Source: Octopus vulgaris (Eukaryota). Taken from it: a stretch of DNA of 64,000 nt. Numbering within the stretch: position 1 is the first letter of the stretch; every line of letters starts with the position of its first letter. Positions 23,280 to 36,144 of the stretch are shown in pieces. Location: positions 109,554,001 to 109,618,000 of the forward strand of contig OX597821.1 of assembly GCA_951406725.2 (NCBI GenBank). Direction: 5' to 3'. Made by a program: the position numbers and the translations under genes. The notes under the pieces are model-generated. The model was not told the origin of the DNA and made no database searches. It saw nothing but the letters and a program-made list of their open reading frames with translations.

Positions 23280-23767
23280 ATGCTTTGAAGCAACGTGAAG
23301 TTTACTTCCACTACTAGAGTATTATCGCATACAGGGCCATGTTCCACCTGGTCAAAAAAAAACAGAACTGCATGCATCCGGTGTGGGGCAACTTCACCAT
23401 GAGAGTGCACCTACCAGTTCAGCTTGTGCAGCAGTTTTTGGCCAAGAATAACATTCTTCAGGTCCGACAAAGACCATATTCAGATGTCATCCCTTGCGAT
23501 TTTTCCCTCTTTTCAAAATTCAAATCCCTCTTCAAAGGTAACGAGATTTCAAAAAAGTCGAGTAAAGAATATGACAGAGCAGCTGTTTACTATCCTCAGA
23601 AAGGAGTTTCCAGGAATGCTTCCAAGAGGAACGACGCTGGACTAAGTGCAAGCCTTCTGAATGTCATTATTTCGAAGGAGATTAAATGATTAAATGTCGA
23701 ACTGACATGCGTAGTAGTTCTCATTTTACAGCACCAACACCGAATACTTTTTAATCATACCTTGTTA
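23280..23767 (+). pseudogene. Mariner transposase C-terminal remnant (irritans-like)
   Basis: VQQFLAKNNILQVRQRPYS-DVIPCDFSLFSKFKSLFKG resembles PPYSPDLAPCDFFLFPKLK; TIR-like end TTTTTAATCATACCTTGTTA. Confidence 0.65.
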
Positions 23768-23994
23768 ATACATGTATATGTGTGTGTGTGTGTGCCAATA
23801 GCCAGCTGGAGGAGGTGTCCTCCTGGGACTACAAGCTACAGTAGCATCCACCCTAAAGGGTTAGCCACATTTAAATGGCAAATATACTTCACGATATTAT
23901 ATATATATATATACAACTTATAAACAAGGGCAAAAGAAAAAAATTCTAATGCCAAATATGCCGAAAATAGACAAATCGTCAATAACCATATAAT

Positions 23995-24065
<71 letters not shown>

Positions 24066-24207
24066 TGATAATCATTATTAAAATTATAATTGAGATACCT
24101 CTATGCTAGAGATGGCAGTCAAAGCTTGACTCCAAATCCACATCAAGTATTCATACAGCACATGATGAAAAGACAAATAGACAAATAAACTAACAAATTA
24201 CTAGATA

Positions 24208-24266
24208 ATCCCAGACCCATGTTTTTGGCTCTGTATAAAAAATATACTTTGCCTCCTCAGTGAGAT
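24208..24266 (-). ncRNA. Degenerate hammerhead in a (TA)n-flanked element at 24063-24285
   Basis: Minus strand: ATCTCA-CTGAGGA-GGC...GCC-AAAAAC-ATGG-GTC-TGGGAT; 6-bp stem I (one G-U), GUC site, G12 lost. Confidence 0.5.
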
Positions 24267-24284
24267 ATACCAAAATATAGTATG

Positions 24285-24326
<42 letters not shown>

Positions 24327-24554
24327 AAATAAGAAAATGGAGAAATACATCGAAATCAAATATCAATTACCAGATAATACTCAATCACATACTTTATTGA
24401 ACCACCACATAAGAAACTATAAGGTTAAACACAATGATGTAGAACAAAACAGTGTACATAAAGGAGTGTACATAAAAGAGTAATGTTATACAATAAGTAG
24501 AATATGTATAAGAGAATGTAAATATAAGTACATATAAATATAAATATAGACTAC

Positions 24555-24681
24555 ATCTTACAGCTGTTTCGGCCATGCAGATAAGTATGTCTCATTTTAA
24601 TTATATTAGCCATTTATGGTAGGTCAATATGTAGTTATAAATGAGACATTTACAAAAATATCCTAAGGCCTCTTCGGAGAT
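24555..24681 (-). ncRNA. Hammerhead ribozyme with ~100-nt stem II (family H5)
   Basis: Minus strand: ATCT-CCGAAGA-GGCC-[92 nt including ATGTCTCATTT/AAATGAGACAT]-GGCC-GAAAC-AGCT-GTA-AGAT; all three stems perfect; U4C. Confidence 0.7.
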
Positions 24682-25454
24682 TACTTATACAGGTGTGGGT
24701 ACATACCCATAATAAAACATATACATATGAGTGCACATACTCTTACTATTATACATATAAATATACATATACATAATGATATAAATAATATAAATTAATA
24801 TATATATATATATATATATACAACATACGAATATTTACATATATGCACGTATACATACACATGTATGTACGGTTATACGGGACCAATTCGATTGTCCGTT
24901 TAAACACCACGTGCCATATGGTCAAAATACCACTGCAGTGAATATAATGACGACGTAAATATATATAAATTTTTATATAGATAAGGTTAAGACCTTTACT
25001 TAAAATAACGATCATATCAAGTCGGCAGCATGGAAAGAAAAACCTTATAGGTAATAATTATTATTAAAATTATAATTAAGGGCGTCTAAGAGATACACAC
25101 AGATAGAGATAACAAGCGAGAGAGAAAAAGAGAGATAGATACAAATACACACATATACACACACATACACACACACACACACACACACAGCACGCACGCA
25201 CACATACACACACACACTGGTACATATGCACAAGCGCACATGTAGTGTAGGCCAAGATAAATGAGAAAATCGGATTATTTCCACGGACACCTGGCTATCT
25301 ACATAAACTCTTCCATTGAAACATTGAAAGAATTTCCAGTGGACGGGTGTAGAAACTCCAGGTATGTAAACTTTTCGAAGATTAATTACGATATAATAAG
25401 ACAAGGAATGAATGGTGGACAATTTTATTTTTCATTACGTTTGTTTTCTTCTCT

Positions 25455-26060
25455 AGACACAAGGCCCGAAATTTTGGGGAAGGGGCCATCATCCATTCGG
25501 CGTCGATAAAACAAGTACCAATTTAACACTGGGGTGGAAGTAACTGACTCGTCCCCTCCTCCAGAATTACTGCTCTTGTGGAAAATTTTGAAACCGATGG
25601 CGGCAAGCTGGCAGAAACGTTAGCACGCCAGGCGAAATGCGTAGCCGTATTTCGTCTGCTGCTACGTTCTGAGTTCAAATTCCGCCGACGTCGACTTTGC
25701 CTTTCATCCTTTCGGGGTCGATAAATTAAGTACCAGTTACGCACTAGGTCGATGTAATCGACTTAGTCCGTTTGTCTGTCCATGTTTGTCCTCTCTGTGT
25801 TTAGCCCCTTGTGGGCAATAAAGAAATGTTTTTTAGGCGCGGCTAGAAACGTTTCATCTGTCTTTATGTTCTGTCCGTTTAAATTCAAATTCCGCCGAGG
25901 TCGACTTTTCCTTTCATCCTGCATTTCCTTGCCTTCGATTGGGTTTGTTGACAAATTAAGTACTTGTTGTCGTATGTTCTGGGATCGACTTTGCATTTCC
26001 TCCTTTGGGGTTGACAAATTAAGTACTTGACTGGGATCGATCTAATCGACTGGCCACCTC
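25455..26060 (+). mobile_element. Cluster of SINE family B copies (full copy at ~25600-25826)
   Basis: GGCGGCAAGCTGGCAGAAACGTTAGCACG...GCCTTTCATCCTTTCGGGGTCGATAAATTAAGTACCAG. Confidence 0.8.
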
Positions 26061-26062
26061 CT

Positions 26063-26316
26063 TAACGACCTACACAAATTATTTATTTATGGTGATCATG
26101 TTTGTGGTATACCTGAGCTCACCCCTGTATCAAATCAGCGTTGTCTGAACAGGTGCACACGTGTATAATGCCTTAGGTGTTGAAGTGATCACAGATTAAG
26201 GTCAAGTGAAATGCTTTGCTCAAGATACAACACACCACTCAGGACTAGGATTGAAACCACTATCTCGCGATCGTCAGTGAAACATCCTAACCACTAGACC
26301 ATGTGCCATCTGCGCC
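26063..26316 (-). mobile_element. tRNA/CORE-head SINE family F, diverged
   Basis: Similar to 39672-39878 and 35810-36070; head TGGTCTAGTGGTTAGG...GGTTTCAATCC. Confidence 0.6.
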
Positions 26317-27127
26317 TACATATATGTATACTTATGCGTATAAACTCTTCGGTTTTTATATACCTGCACCGACACACATATTTGTGAGTGTGTATAAATA
26401 TGTACATGTGTGTATTTATTTATATATCACAAAATATATTCACATATGTGTACTCAAGTCTATTTTTTGAAAAAAAATTATATCTCTGCAAGGGATGTCT
26501 GAATGAAAAAAAATAAATAACAAACAGTCGTGTGCATGACGTATGCATAATAAGTGCTTGACGTGTACATGACGTGTGTATCACATGTTGAGGCGCACAT
26601 CTATAACGTTTACCATATGTTTCCTTGCGTTTTTATATATTTGTGTCCAACAAAAACATCCCGCAGGTAAACATGGATATATTCACTCCACTCACCACCA
26701 ATCACACATATATAGACATACATACACACATACATATTTACATATATATGTGTGTGTATGTATGTATGTGTGTATTACAGGATAATATAAGATAGATATG
26801 TATTCATACATATATATGTATAAACTCCTACCATACAAAAATACATTTATTTATGGATGTATCTGGGTATTTATCTATCTATATATATCTATATAAATGC
26901 GAACGCACGAACACACAGCTTTACATTTGGCAGGTTTCTTATTTTGATAGACAAGAAGGAAATCTATGAATAACTATGAATTCTAAATCAAACATGACTG
27001 TACAATCAATAGATTCCGGTGATGCTTCTTCAAGACAATGTTTCTGCACTCAAAGAGAAGATACCATTCCTAGAAATGATGATGGTTGTCGACTACATAA
27101 TCATCAATGGTCATACGCATTTAAGAT

Positions 27128-27225
27128 TTTACTTAAAGATGATAGATTGATACTATAATTGAAGACAATCTTTCTACACTCAAATAGAAATATCAATAAA
27201 ATCCTACCGAAACAGCTGTAGTAAA
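27128..27225 (+). ncRNA. Degenerate long-stem-II hammerhead (family H5)
   Basis: TTTAC-TTAAAGA-T-GATAG-ATTGATA...TATCAAT...CTACC-GAAAC-AGCT-GTA-GTAAA; stems recognisable, CUGA core mutated. Confidence 0.5.
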
Positions 27226-27249
27226 TTTTTAAACACCATTTGTGTTATT

Positions 27250-27364
<115 letters not shown>

Positions 27365-28079
27365 TGTGTGTGTGTATGTATATATGTATGTATATATGTA
27401 TCTATCTATCTATCTATATATATATATATATATATATTCTTTACCTGTTTCAAAAATTAGACAGTGGCCATGCTTGGGTAGCGCCTTGATGAATTTTATA
27501 AAGACATATTCGATTACGAAATTAGCTTAATTTTAATTTCATTTATTCGCTTCTAACCTCATAAACCTTTACTTATGCGTGTATCTACATATCTGGGTGT
27601 CTGTGTGTGCGTCTGTCTGTGTATGTGCATGCTTGTTTGCGTTTGTATACATAGTGTCCTTCATTTTCAGACAACTCTATCTGCACCAACGCCTATTCAA
27701 ATATAATTCAAATATAATTCCAGTTATGGATACAACAATGAAGAAAGACCTAGTCTAGCTTTATTACAAGGTGCATTATTTTATACCGTAACATTTATCT
27801 TTACATATATATATCAATTCTTTTTTGCCCTAATCCTTCTTTTCCATTTGTTATCTATTCAGGGGATTATATAACCGTCAGCCTTCTCAGACGATAACGA
27901 ATTAACTCAATTTCTATATTATTTATTCGTTTTTAATCTTACATTCCTATACTTATTTTCCTGCAATCTTTTAAGACTTAAGCTTTTGTGTATGATTAAA
28001 TGATTAAAAGCTTAAGTACTTCTATACTCATTATTGTTACTTGTCTTTTCGCTACCTGTATTGTAATATCCACTATGTA

Positions 28080-28149
<70 letters not shown>

Positions 28150-28151
<2 letters not shown>

Positions 28152-28357
28152 GTGACCGCGTGTGTATCGTTGGCGATTTTTCTTCCGTCTTTCCTTCCTT
28201 GGATCTTTCCTTTTCCTATGTTTCTGACGAAGAGCTCCGCTCGAAACGTTAAATCCTCCTTCTTTCTTTCCTTTCCTGAGCGTCCAATAACACTATACTT
28301 GTTCCACGTCCTCGCGTTGTTGTGTTTTCTCTTTGTGTTTTCATGTTTGGATTAACT
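28150..28357 (+). mobile_element. ~210-bp hammerhead-bearing element (family H1) inserted in (TA)n
   Basis: (TA)n on both sides; homologous to 4926-5103, 15978-16208, 18590-18705 and 19740-19912. Confidence 0.8.
28220..28254 (+). ncRNA. Minimal hammerhead ribozyme with canonical core (family H1)
   Basis: GTTT-CTGACGA-A-GAGC tcc GCTC-GAAAC-GTT-AAAT. Confidence 0.75.
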
Positions 28358-28386
28358 ATATATATATATATAAAAGAATACAAGAA

Positions 28387-28431
<45 letters not shown>

Positions 28432-28433
<2 letters not shown>

Positions 28434-28750
28434 TCTTTTATTCTTTTACTTGTTTCAGTCATTTGACTGCGGCCATGCTGGGGCACCGCCTTTAGTTGAA
28501 CACCCCCCCCGGACTTATTTTCTGTAAGCCTAGTACATATTCCATGGTTACTTTTGCTGAACAGCTAAGTTTCGGGGACGTAAACACACCAACATCGGTT
28601 GTCAAACGATGGCGGGGGTACAAATATAGACACACAAACAGTACTAGGATCCAAAGAATAGGTCCTGGAGTCGATTTGCCCGACTAAAGGCGGTGCTCCA
28701 GCATGGCAACAGTCAAATGACAAACAAGTAAAAGAGTCAAGGAGTAAAGA
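28432..28750. mobile_element. Two SINE A 3' halves in inverted orientation
   Basis: 28432-28640 on minus and 28640-28750 on plus; the tails can pair. Confidence 0.75.
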
Positions 28751-29014
28751 GTATATATGCGCATGTCTAGACATGTGACTATATGCATTAGAGCACATAC
28801 GCGCAATAAAATATAGAAATCTGACTCCAAATACTGCACACATTCACACAAACATGCACAAACATACCCCGTTGATGTTGAAATTCTAATGAAGGCGGCT
28901 TGGATCGGGGTTAGAAACCGGTTCGTTCTTTATTGCCAAGAAATCTTGATATAAAAATAAATATCTAAACGAAAAAAGAAAAAGAAAAGAAAAAAGAGTT
29001 ACAGAAAAAGTGGT

Positions 29015-29333
29015 CCTACGCCGGTTACGACGATGGGTGTCCCAGTTGATCCGATCAATGGAACAACCTACTCTTGAAGTAAATGTGCAATTGGCCGAGT
29101 ACTCAGCAGGCACGAAAGCCCTCAACGTAGTTCTCAAGATGTTTAGTGTGACACGGAATGCGACAAGGCTGATCCTTTGAAATACCGACACCATTCATTT
29201 TTGGTAGCTCACTGTACTGGATCACCTTGAAATAAAATGTGTTGTCGAAGGACACAACGCGTTGCATGGGATCGAACGCACAACACCACGATCATGAGCA
29301 GCATACTCTAACCTCTAGGCCACGCACCTTCAC
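29015..29333 (-). mobile_element. SINE family D (tRNA/CORE head)
   Basis: Head GTGAAGGTGCGTGGCCTAGAGGTTAGAG...GTTCGATCCC; body matches 31672-32297. Confidence 0.7.
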
Positions 29334-29663
29334 AGAACATACATGCACCAACGTATTAGTGTTAGTGGACCAACATTTTGAATCTAGACATGTAAGGCAA
29401 CACTGCAATATAAGAACAGTGTGTTTCGGTATATTCTTTTGAAATGCAGTAACACAACACTGTGTGATCTATCTCTCCCTAATAGCTTTAACATTATTTT
29501 ACATACAAAACATTTGAAAGTTGTCAAACGAGAAATTAGGCTGCTCTTGCCGAGCTGCAGCGATGATGTTGGAAAGCCAGCTTTAAAGTTTTTAAACAGC
29601 CGCAGGCGTATCATTAATAACGTAAACAAAACACTAAAACGTATTGGTGTTGATTACGGTTTT

Positions 29664-29757
<94 letters not shown>

Positions 29758-30084
29758 GGTGTGTGTGTGTGTGCGTGTGTTTGTGTGTGTGTGTGTGTGT
29801 GTGTTTGCACGCAAAGGCTTGCATAGATATAGATATGCATTAATATATATACTGCGTATATTTTAATGCATAAAATATATGAAATATAATACATGAGAAT
29901 GTGTGTGCCTCCGTGTGTGTATGTATATATATATATATATATATTTATATATGCTTGTGTATATATATGTATATAAGTATCTATGCGTGTGTCAGTATGT
30001 TTGTGCATATGTAATATATTTATATATATATATATATATCCATGTGTGTGTGTGTAAAGAAGGTAGGTAGATAGATAGACAGAA

Positions 30085-30209
<125 letters not shown>

Positions 30210-30419
30210 CATACGCATGTACTGGCATACCCATAAGTAGGTGAATATAGAATCTGCAACTCAGAAGACAGCTTGACCTGGAGTAGAGACGCCATGTCGT
30301 TAATGGAGTCGCAAATGGTGACGAAAGGACTCTAACAAACCCAGCTGGTTGCTTGACCGAACGCTTTCTCAAATAATCGATTTGTTAATTAATTAAACAG
30401 TTATCGCGTTGATTAATGA

Positions 30420-31040
30420 TAATCCTTTCTACTAAAGACATATGACCTGAAAAATTGAGAGAGAGGACACTTTAATGACATCGACCCCAGTGCATAACTG
30501 GTACCAAGTTTATCGACGCCAAAAGGATGAAGCGCAAGGTCAACCTCGGTGGAATTTGAACCCAGAGCGTGAAGACGGGCGAAATGCCGCTAAGCATTAG
30601 CGCCTTAGTTAATTAATACTGCCTCAGTTAGTTAATAAGGGTTTCAAATTTTGGTACCATGCCAACAATTTTGAGGGTGGAGGTAAACCCTTACATCGAC
30701 CCCTAGTATTCAACAGTTAATTATTTTATCGACGCCATAAGGATAAAAGGTACATTCGACCTCAGTGGAATTTGAACCGAGATCTTAAAGAAGGTCGAAA
30801 TACCACTAAGCATTTTATCCGCTGTGTTAACGATTCTGCCAAGCTTACCTCTTAGCTGATTCATAACGGTTTCTAATTTTAGCACAAGGCCAGCAAATGA
30901 AACGCCGCTAAGGATTTTGCCCGGCGCCCTAACGATTCTTCCAGCTCGCCATCTTCTTTAGTTGATTAATAAGAACCACTTGTACTGTAGACACAAAGCC
31001 TGAAGTCTTATAAGAAAGGGCTGGTCGGTTACATCGACCC
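30420..31040 (-). mobile_element. Cluster of diverged SINE family B copies
   Basis: Repeated ATCGAC.CC.AAAGGAT.AA...CCTCGGTGGAATTTGAAC motifs. Confidence 0.7.
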
Positions 31041-31292
31041 AGGGCTCAAGCTTCTTTCTCTTCTTTCTTGTACCACCAGGGTACGCCTTGATAGCTCACC
31101 TCCACCATTCTATCTCCGTCTTTTCAAGGAATCTTTTAGATTGTCTCGCTTAATCCGGATCTATCTGGTAGATCCACTCTATCTTGGTTAGCGTACTGAA
31201 GTGTCCACTTTGCAGTCCAGTGTAAAGCTTTGTCGGTTAAGGACATTGGAGAGAGTAAGAGAAACAGAGAGAGGAAAGAGATAGATAAATAG

Positions 31293-31355
<63 letters not shown>

Positions 31356-31671
31356 AAGCATCCTTCAATAACAATTCAATGGGCCTAACTGTAACGAGAG
31401 CATCAACATGTTCAGGAACAATACCATCATAACAACAACATCAAAATGAACAATACAGGAACTGCATTGATAACAATAGGAAAGGCAACAGGAACAGAAT
31501 CAAGAATAACAGTAACAATAACAGCAACAACAACTACAACAACAACAGCAACAACATCAATAGGAACCAAAACAACAATTTTATCAGTAAGATTAACATC
31601 AACGGGAACAATAATAGTAATAGCTCTATAACACATCATAAGTCATGAAAATGACAACAAAACGAAAACAA

Positions 31672-32297
31672 ATGGCACTTCGTCGGCTTACGACGAGGAG
31701 TGCTCTAGTTCAGTGGTTCCCAAACTTTATCGGGATGTGGCCCCTTAGACACCCAGGCCACATTTCAAGCGCCCCCACCATTTCAAGCACCCTCCCCACA
31801 ACCATCACAAACATAGAGCTCTTTCTGAAGCAAATTCAAAGGAACTTTATTTTCACGAATAAAACTTAATCTAATGAACCTATTATTTTGTTGTTTTTTC
31901 ATGAATCGTCCCGCCCCTATTATCACCCCACTTTTCTTCAACGCCCACATAGAACTCCCCACCCCCCAGGGGTCAATACAGCCCACTTTGGGAACCACTG
32001 CTCTAGTTGATACGACGAAGGAAACAGCCTTCTCGTGAAATTAACGTGTAAGTTGCTGAGTACTCCGCACTCAGACGTACCCTTTAGATAGGTCTCAGAG
32101 AGAATCATCCTGACACAGAATGTGACTAGGCTGGTCCCTTTAAATTACGGGCACAGCTTATTTTTGCCAGTTGAGTGGACTGGAGCAACATAGGACAAAA
32201 TGTCTTGCTCAAGGACACAGCTACTCTGCCGGGAATCGAATGGTTGATTTTACGATCGTGGGCCGTTACCCGTAAACACTAAGCCACACGCCTTCAC
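31672..32297 (-). mobile_element. SINE family D interrupted by a hAT MITE
   Basis: Tail at 31672-31710 and remainder at 32001-32297 are contiguous once the MITE is removed. Confidence 0.7.
31711..32000. mobile_element. hAT-Charlie MITE, 290 bp
   Basis: 14-bp TIR CAGTGGTTCCCAAA/TTTGGGAACCACTG; exact 8-bp TSD CTCTAGTT at 31703-31710 and 32001-32008. Confidence 0.92.
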
Positions 32298-32350
32298 AGC
32301 AAAAACAACAGAAATTATAATAATAATAACAACAACAGCAACAGCAACAA

Positions 32351-32520
32351 GTGGAGGCGCAATGGGCCAGTGGTTAGGGCAGCGGACTCGCAGTCGTAAG
32401 AACGCGGTTTCGATTCCCAGACCGGGCATTGTGAGTGTTTATTGAGGCTCCGGCGGGCGGGGGTGAACACCGCTGGACTCTTTCAGCACAACTTTCTCTT
32501 ACTCTTTCTTCCTACTTCTG
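32351..32520 (+). mobile_element. SINE family C, 5' part
   Basis: GTGGAGGCGCAATGGGCCAGTGGTTAGGGCAGCGGACTCGC. Confidence 0.75.
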
Positions 32521-33129
32521 CCACAAAGCAGAGGAACCATGGTGTAACCCACTATGGTGTGGTAAACTTTCAGACCCAAGTCTAGATTGCGAATCCTCTG
32601 TATCCCAGGATGGTTTAGCTCTCCACCCGTTAAAAAGCCACCGTTTACGGAATGAGGATAACAACGTAGCTTTCGCGCCCGTGCAACCGCCAGTCTATTT
32701 CGCATTCTTAATAGCTTAGAGTAGGCTTGAATTAGAGAGTACTCTTTGTGGCTAATGGCGTGAGTCCTGATTGGAAGAAGAAGAAGAAGAAGAAGAAGAA
32801 GAAGAAGAAGAAGAAGAAGAAGAAGAAGAAGAAGAAGAAGAAAGAAAGAAAGACGATAGCGGTAACATCAAGAGCAGGAAGAAATACAACCACCGAAAGA
32901 GGAACAATGACAACAGAAACAGGAACGGTGACGACAACTGTGACAACAGCAACAGCAACAACAAAGGCAGCAGTAAAAGTAATACCAACATCAGCAACAA
33001 CAACAACAACAACAACAACAGGAAAAACAGCAAAACAAAAGAGGAACAACAAAAACAAAGAGCCAAGCAGGAAATAGAGAAACTAACCAATCAGATTTTA
33101 TTATCAACGTATTTTGAAGGGGGATCACG

Positions 33130-33475
33130 CCGGACAAAATACATAGCGTCCGGATTTTTACGTTCCGAGATCAAATCCCACCGGAGTCAACTTTGCCTTT
33201 CATCCTTTCGGGGTCGATTAAATAAGTACCAGTTACGCACTGGGGTCGATGTAATCGACTTAATCCGTTTGTCTGTCCTTGTTTTTCCTCTCTGTGTAAA
33301 GAAATAGGTATTTCGTTTGTTTTAATGTTCCAAGTTCAAATTCCGCCGAGGTCGACTTTGCTTTTCATACTTTCGGGGTCGATAAATTAAATACCAGTTA
33401 CGCACTGGCGTCGATGTAATCACTTAATACCTTTGTCTCTCCTTGTTTGTCCCCTCTGTGGACAATAAAGAAATA
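33130..33475 (+). mobile_element. SINE family B dimer
   Basis: Body repeated twice in tandem. Confidence 0.75.
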
Positions 33476-33487
33476 TATATATATAAT

Positions 33488-33720
33488 CCTTTACTCTTTT
33501 ACTTGTTTCAGTCATTTGACAGCAGCCATACTGGAGCACCGCCTTTAGTCGAGCAAATCGACCCCAGGACTTATTCTTTGGAAGCCTAGTACTTATTCTA
33601 TTGGACTCTTTTGCCGAACCACTAAGTTACGGTGACGTAAGCACACCACCATCGGTTATCAAGCGACGTTGGGGAAGAAACACAGACATAAAAACATATA
33701 TATATATATATATATATATA

Positions 33721-33776
<56 letters not shown>

Positions 33777-33940
33777 TACGGGTTTCTTTCAGTTTCTGTC
33801 TATCAAATCCACTCACAAGGCTTTCGTCGGCCCGAGGCTATAGTAGAAGACACTTGCCCAAGGTGGCACGCAAAGGGAATGAACCCGCAAGCATGTGATT
33901 GGTAAGCAATCTACTTATCACACATCCAATCCTACCCCTA
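33488..33940 (-). mobile_element. SINE family A, full length
   Basis: Tail-to-head motifs with internal (TA)n. Confidence 0.85.
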
Positions 33941-34164
33941 TATATATATATTCCTTTATTTCTATTCTTTTATTTGTTTGTCATTTGACTGCGGCCATGC
34001 TGGGGCACCGTCTTTAGTCGAAAAATTGACGTCAGGACTTAAAACAAACCTATAACTCCCCCACAGAGGAAACAAAGAAAAAGAGGGGGAAAAGGGGTCT
34101 GTGTTGAAGCAGCAGAAGTTTTGGGGGGAGCAACAGGTTGTACACCCCAGACCAGATGGCGTGT

Positions 34165-34370
34165 TTAGCTGTGCCTCGTGGACATAACTGCAAAGGCGAT
34201 GCCACAGAGAATGGCCAGAGTTGCTCGCTTCAACAGCCATCCCGCCTCGCGAGGCCTCTCAGACGGATTGCAGTTATATCGATTTTACAGAGAAAATTGG
34301 CATTGCGGTGTCTGAGTATACCTGAGGCCTTGTCGGCGCGTGGCACAACCTGATAGCGGTCGGTCAGGTA
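34165..34370 (-). pseudogene. CRE-clade non-LTR retrotransposon C-terminal (REL) remnant
   Basis: YLTDRYQVVPRADKASGILRHRNANFLCKI, frameshift, then PSERPREAGWLLKRATLAILCGIAFAVMSTRHS*; resembles Y.F.P.A.E..G..G....FL..I...GE.RE..WL.QR.SLA..RGNA. Confidence 0.55.
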
Positions 34371-34543
34371 GAGCAACAAACTGACCGCCATTGAAACAGA
34401 AATAGGCATCAGTATTATTGTTGGTTGATATTTCTTTTTCTAATATGGATACAATAAGCGTTCCAGCCATGGCCATGCATATGATGTTTACTGAAATAGA
34501 ACTACATTTTAATTTGCATGTCAATCTGTGTGTGTGTTTGTGC

Positions 34544-34576
<33 letters not shown>

Positions 34577-35122
34577 TGTGTGTGTGTGTTTTATTTTTTT
34601 CGTCATCGATGGTAGACGGTAGAGTGTGATCTTCACGAACTGACTGCTGTTTCGAGCAGATCGAGCGAGAAACGTTGCATAACCTTTCTCGTTAATTCAA
34701 CAGATGTTCATAGATGTTGTTGTTAAGCAACAAGTCGGGTAAGGATGATTAGGTGATGGTCTAGGGCTTAGGGGCGGGAGACCCCAGACCTTGGAAAAAA
34801 AAAACCTTTGGTCGTCTTGTTTTAGTCGAGGGCTCTTCGCTGACGTCCGACACCACTGGGAGGTGGCCCTCGAAGTCGCTGGAAATGGAGATCTCCAGGT
34901 CCAAATTCTTGAACGGCTGTTGTTGCTGTTGGTGTTGTTGCTGTTGGTGTCAATTTATAAGTGAACGTGTGTGCGTGAGCTTGATAATATCCGTTAGATA
35001 TTATCTTTTACTGAGGATTTCCTTAATTCTTAAATATTCAAGCACTATCATCTTCTTGTTTTGGTCACTCCTTAGTTCTTCAACGTACATGTAAAGACTA
35101 ATATCCTTGATTAAAGATATTC

Positions 35123-35216
<94 letters not shown>

Positions 35217-35298
35217 GACGAAATAGTTAGCTTATGTGGAAATCTTTACTCAATAACATCATCTGCGGCAAATGCTCAACTTTTCCTGTAATAACCGT

Positions 35299-35606
35299 TT
35301 ATTATTTTAGTTAAGCGCCTAACCAGCCTCATGGGCCCGGTTTCCCGGTTTCTGTGGCGTATGTGTTCCCCCCAGGTAGATGGGACGCCAGTCCATCGCA
35401 GCGTTACTCAAGAAATAGGAAGAAAGAGTGAGAGAAAGTTGGGGCGAAAGTGTACAACAGGGGTCGCCACCACTCCCTGCCGGAGACTCGTGGGGCTTTA
35501 GGTGTTTTCGCTCAATAAACACACACAACGCCGGGTCTGGGAATCCAAACCGCGATCCTCCGACCGCGAGTCCGCTGCCCTAACCACTGGGCCATTGCGC
35601 CTCCAC
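35299..35606 (-). mobile_element. SINE family C full length (tRNA head, V-SINE-like domain) with 13-bp TSD
   Basis: Contains GCGATGGACTGGCGTCCCATC; TSD CTGTAATAA(C/A)CGT at 35286-35298 and 35607-35619. Confidence 0.85.
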
Positions 35607-35712
35607 CTGTAATAAACGTAAGAGACTTTATTTACTATAACTATAACGTTTGAATTATAAATTAAATACTCTGAAGTGATGTCACATGTTTCCGTGGTTT
35701 ATTCTCTGTTTC

Positions 35713-35760
<48 letters not shown>

Positions 35761-36144
35761 CATGGACTCTCCCGTCAAAGATGACACATGGGGATTCAGC
35801 TTTTTTTTACCGAACGACCTGCGCGAATAATTTGTTTATAGTGATCAAATATATGTGCCGCACATTACCTCTCTGTTTCCATCAAATCGATGTTATCTAA
35901 ACAGGGGCAGTGTGTATGTGCTGCGTGTTAGGTGTATAAGAGGTCACAGAGCTACGTGAGACAAAGTGTTTTATTCAAGAACAAAACGCACTGCCCGGTC
36001 TAGGAATCGAAATCAAGACCTGGTGATCGTGAGTGCAACACACCAACCACTAACGTATATGTTGTCGCATATTTGCGTGTGTTTGTGCGTATGCATGTAT
36101 GTATGTATGTTTATATATATATATATATATATATATACACTCTT

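Noticed and set aside
25250-25366. Possible exon ending CTCCAG|GTATGT
   Set aside because: No credible acceptor, no recognisable peptide, and it lies among repeats.
31055-31240. Possible RTE LINE 3' remnant on the minus strand (KALHW...)
   Set aside because: Too degenerate to support by eye.
32732-33307. Poly-K/E and Thr/Asn-rich ORFs (mucin-like appearance)
   Set aside because: (GAA)n plus degenerate (ACA)n running into a SINE B.
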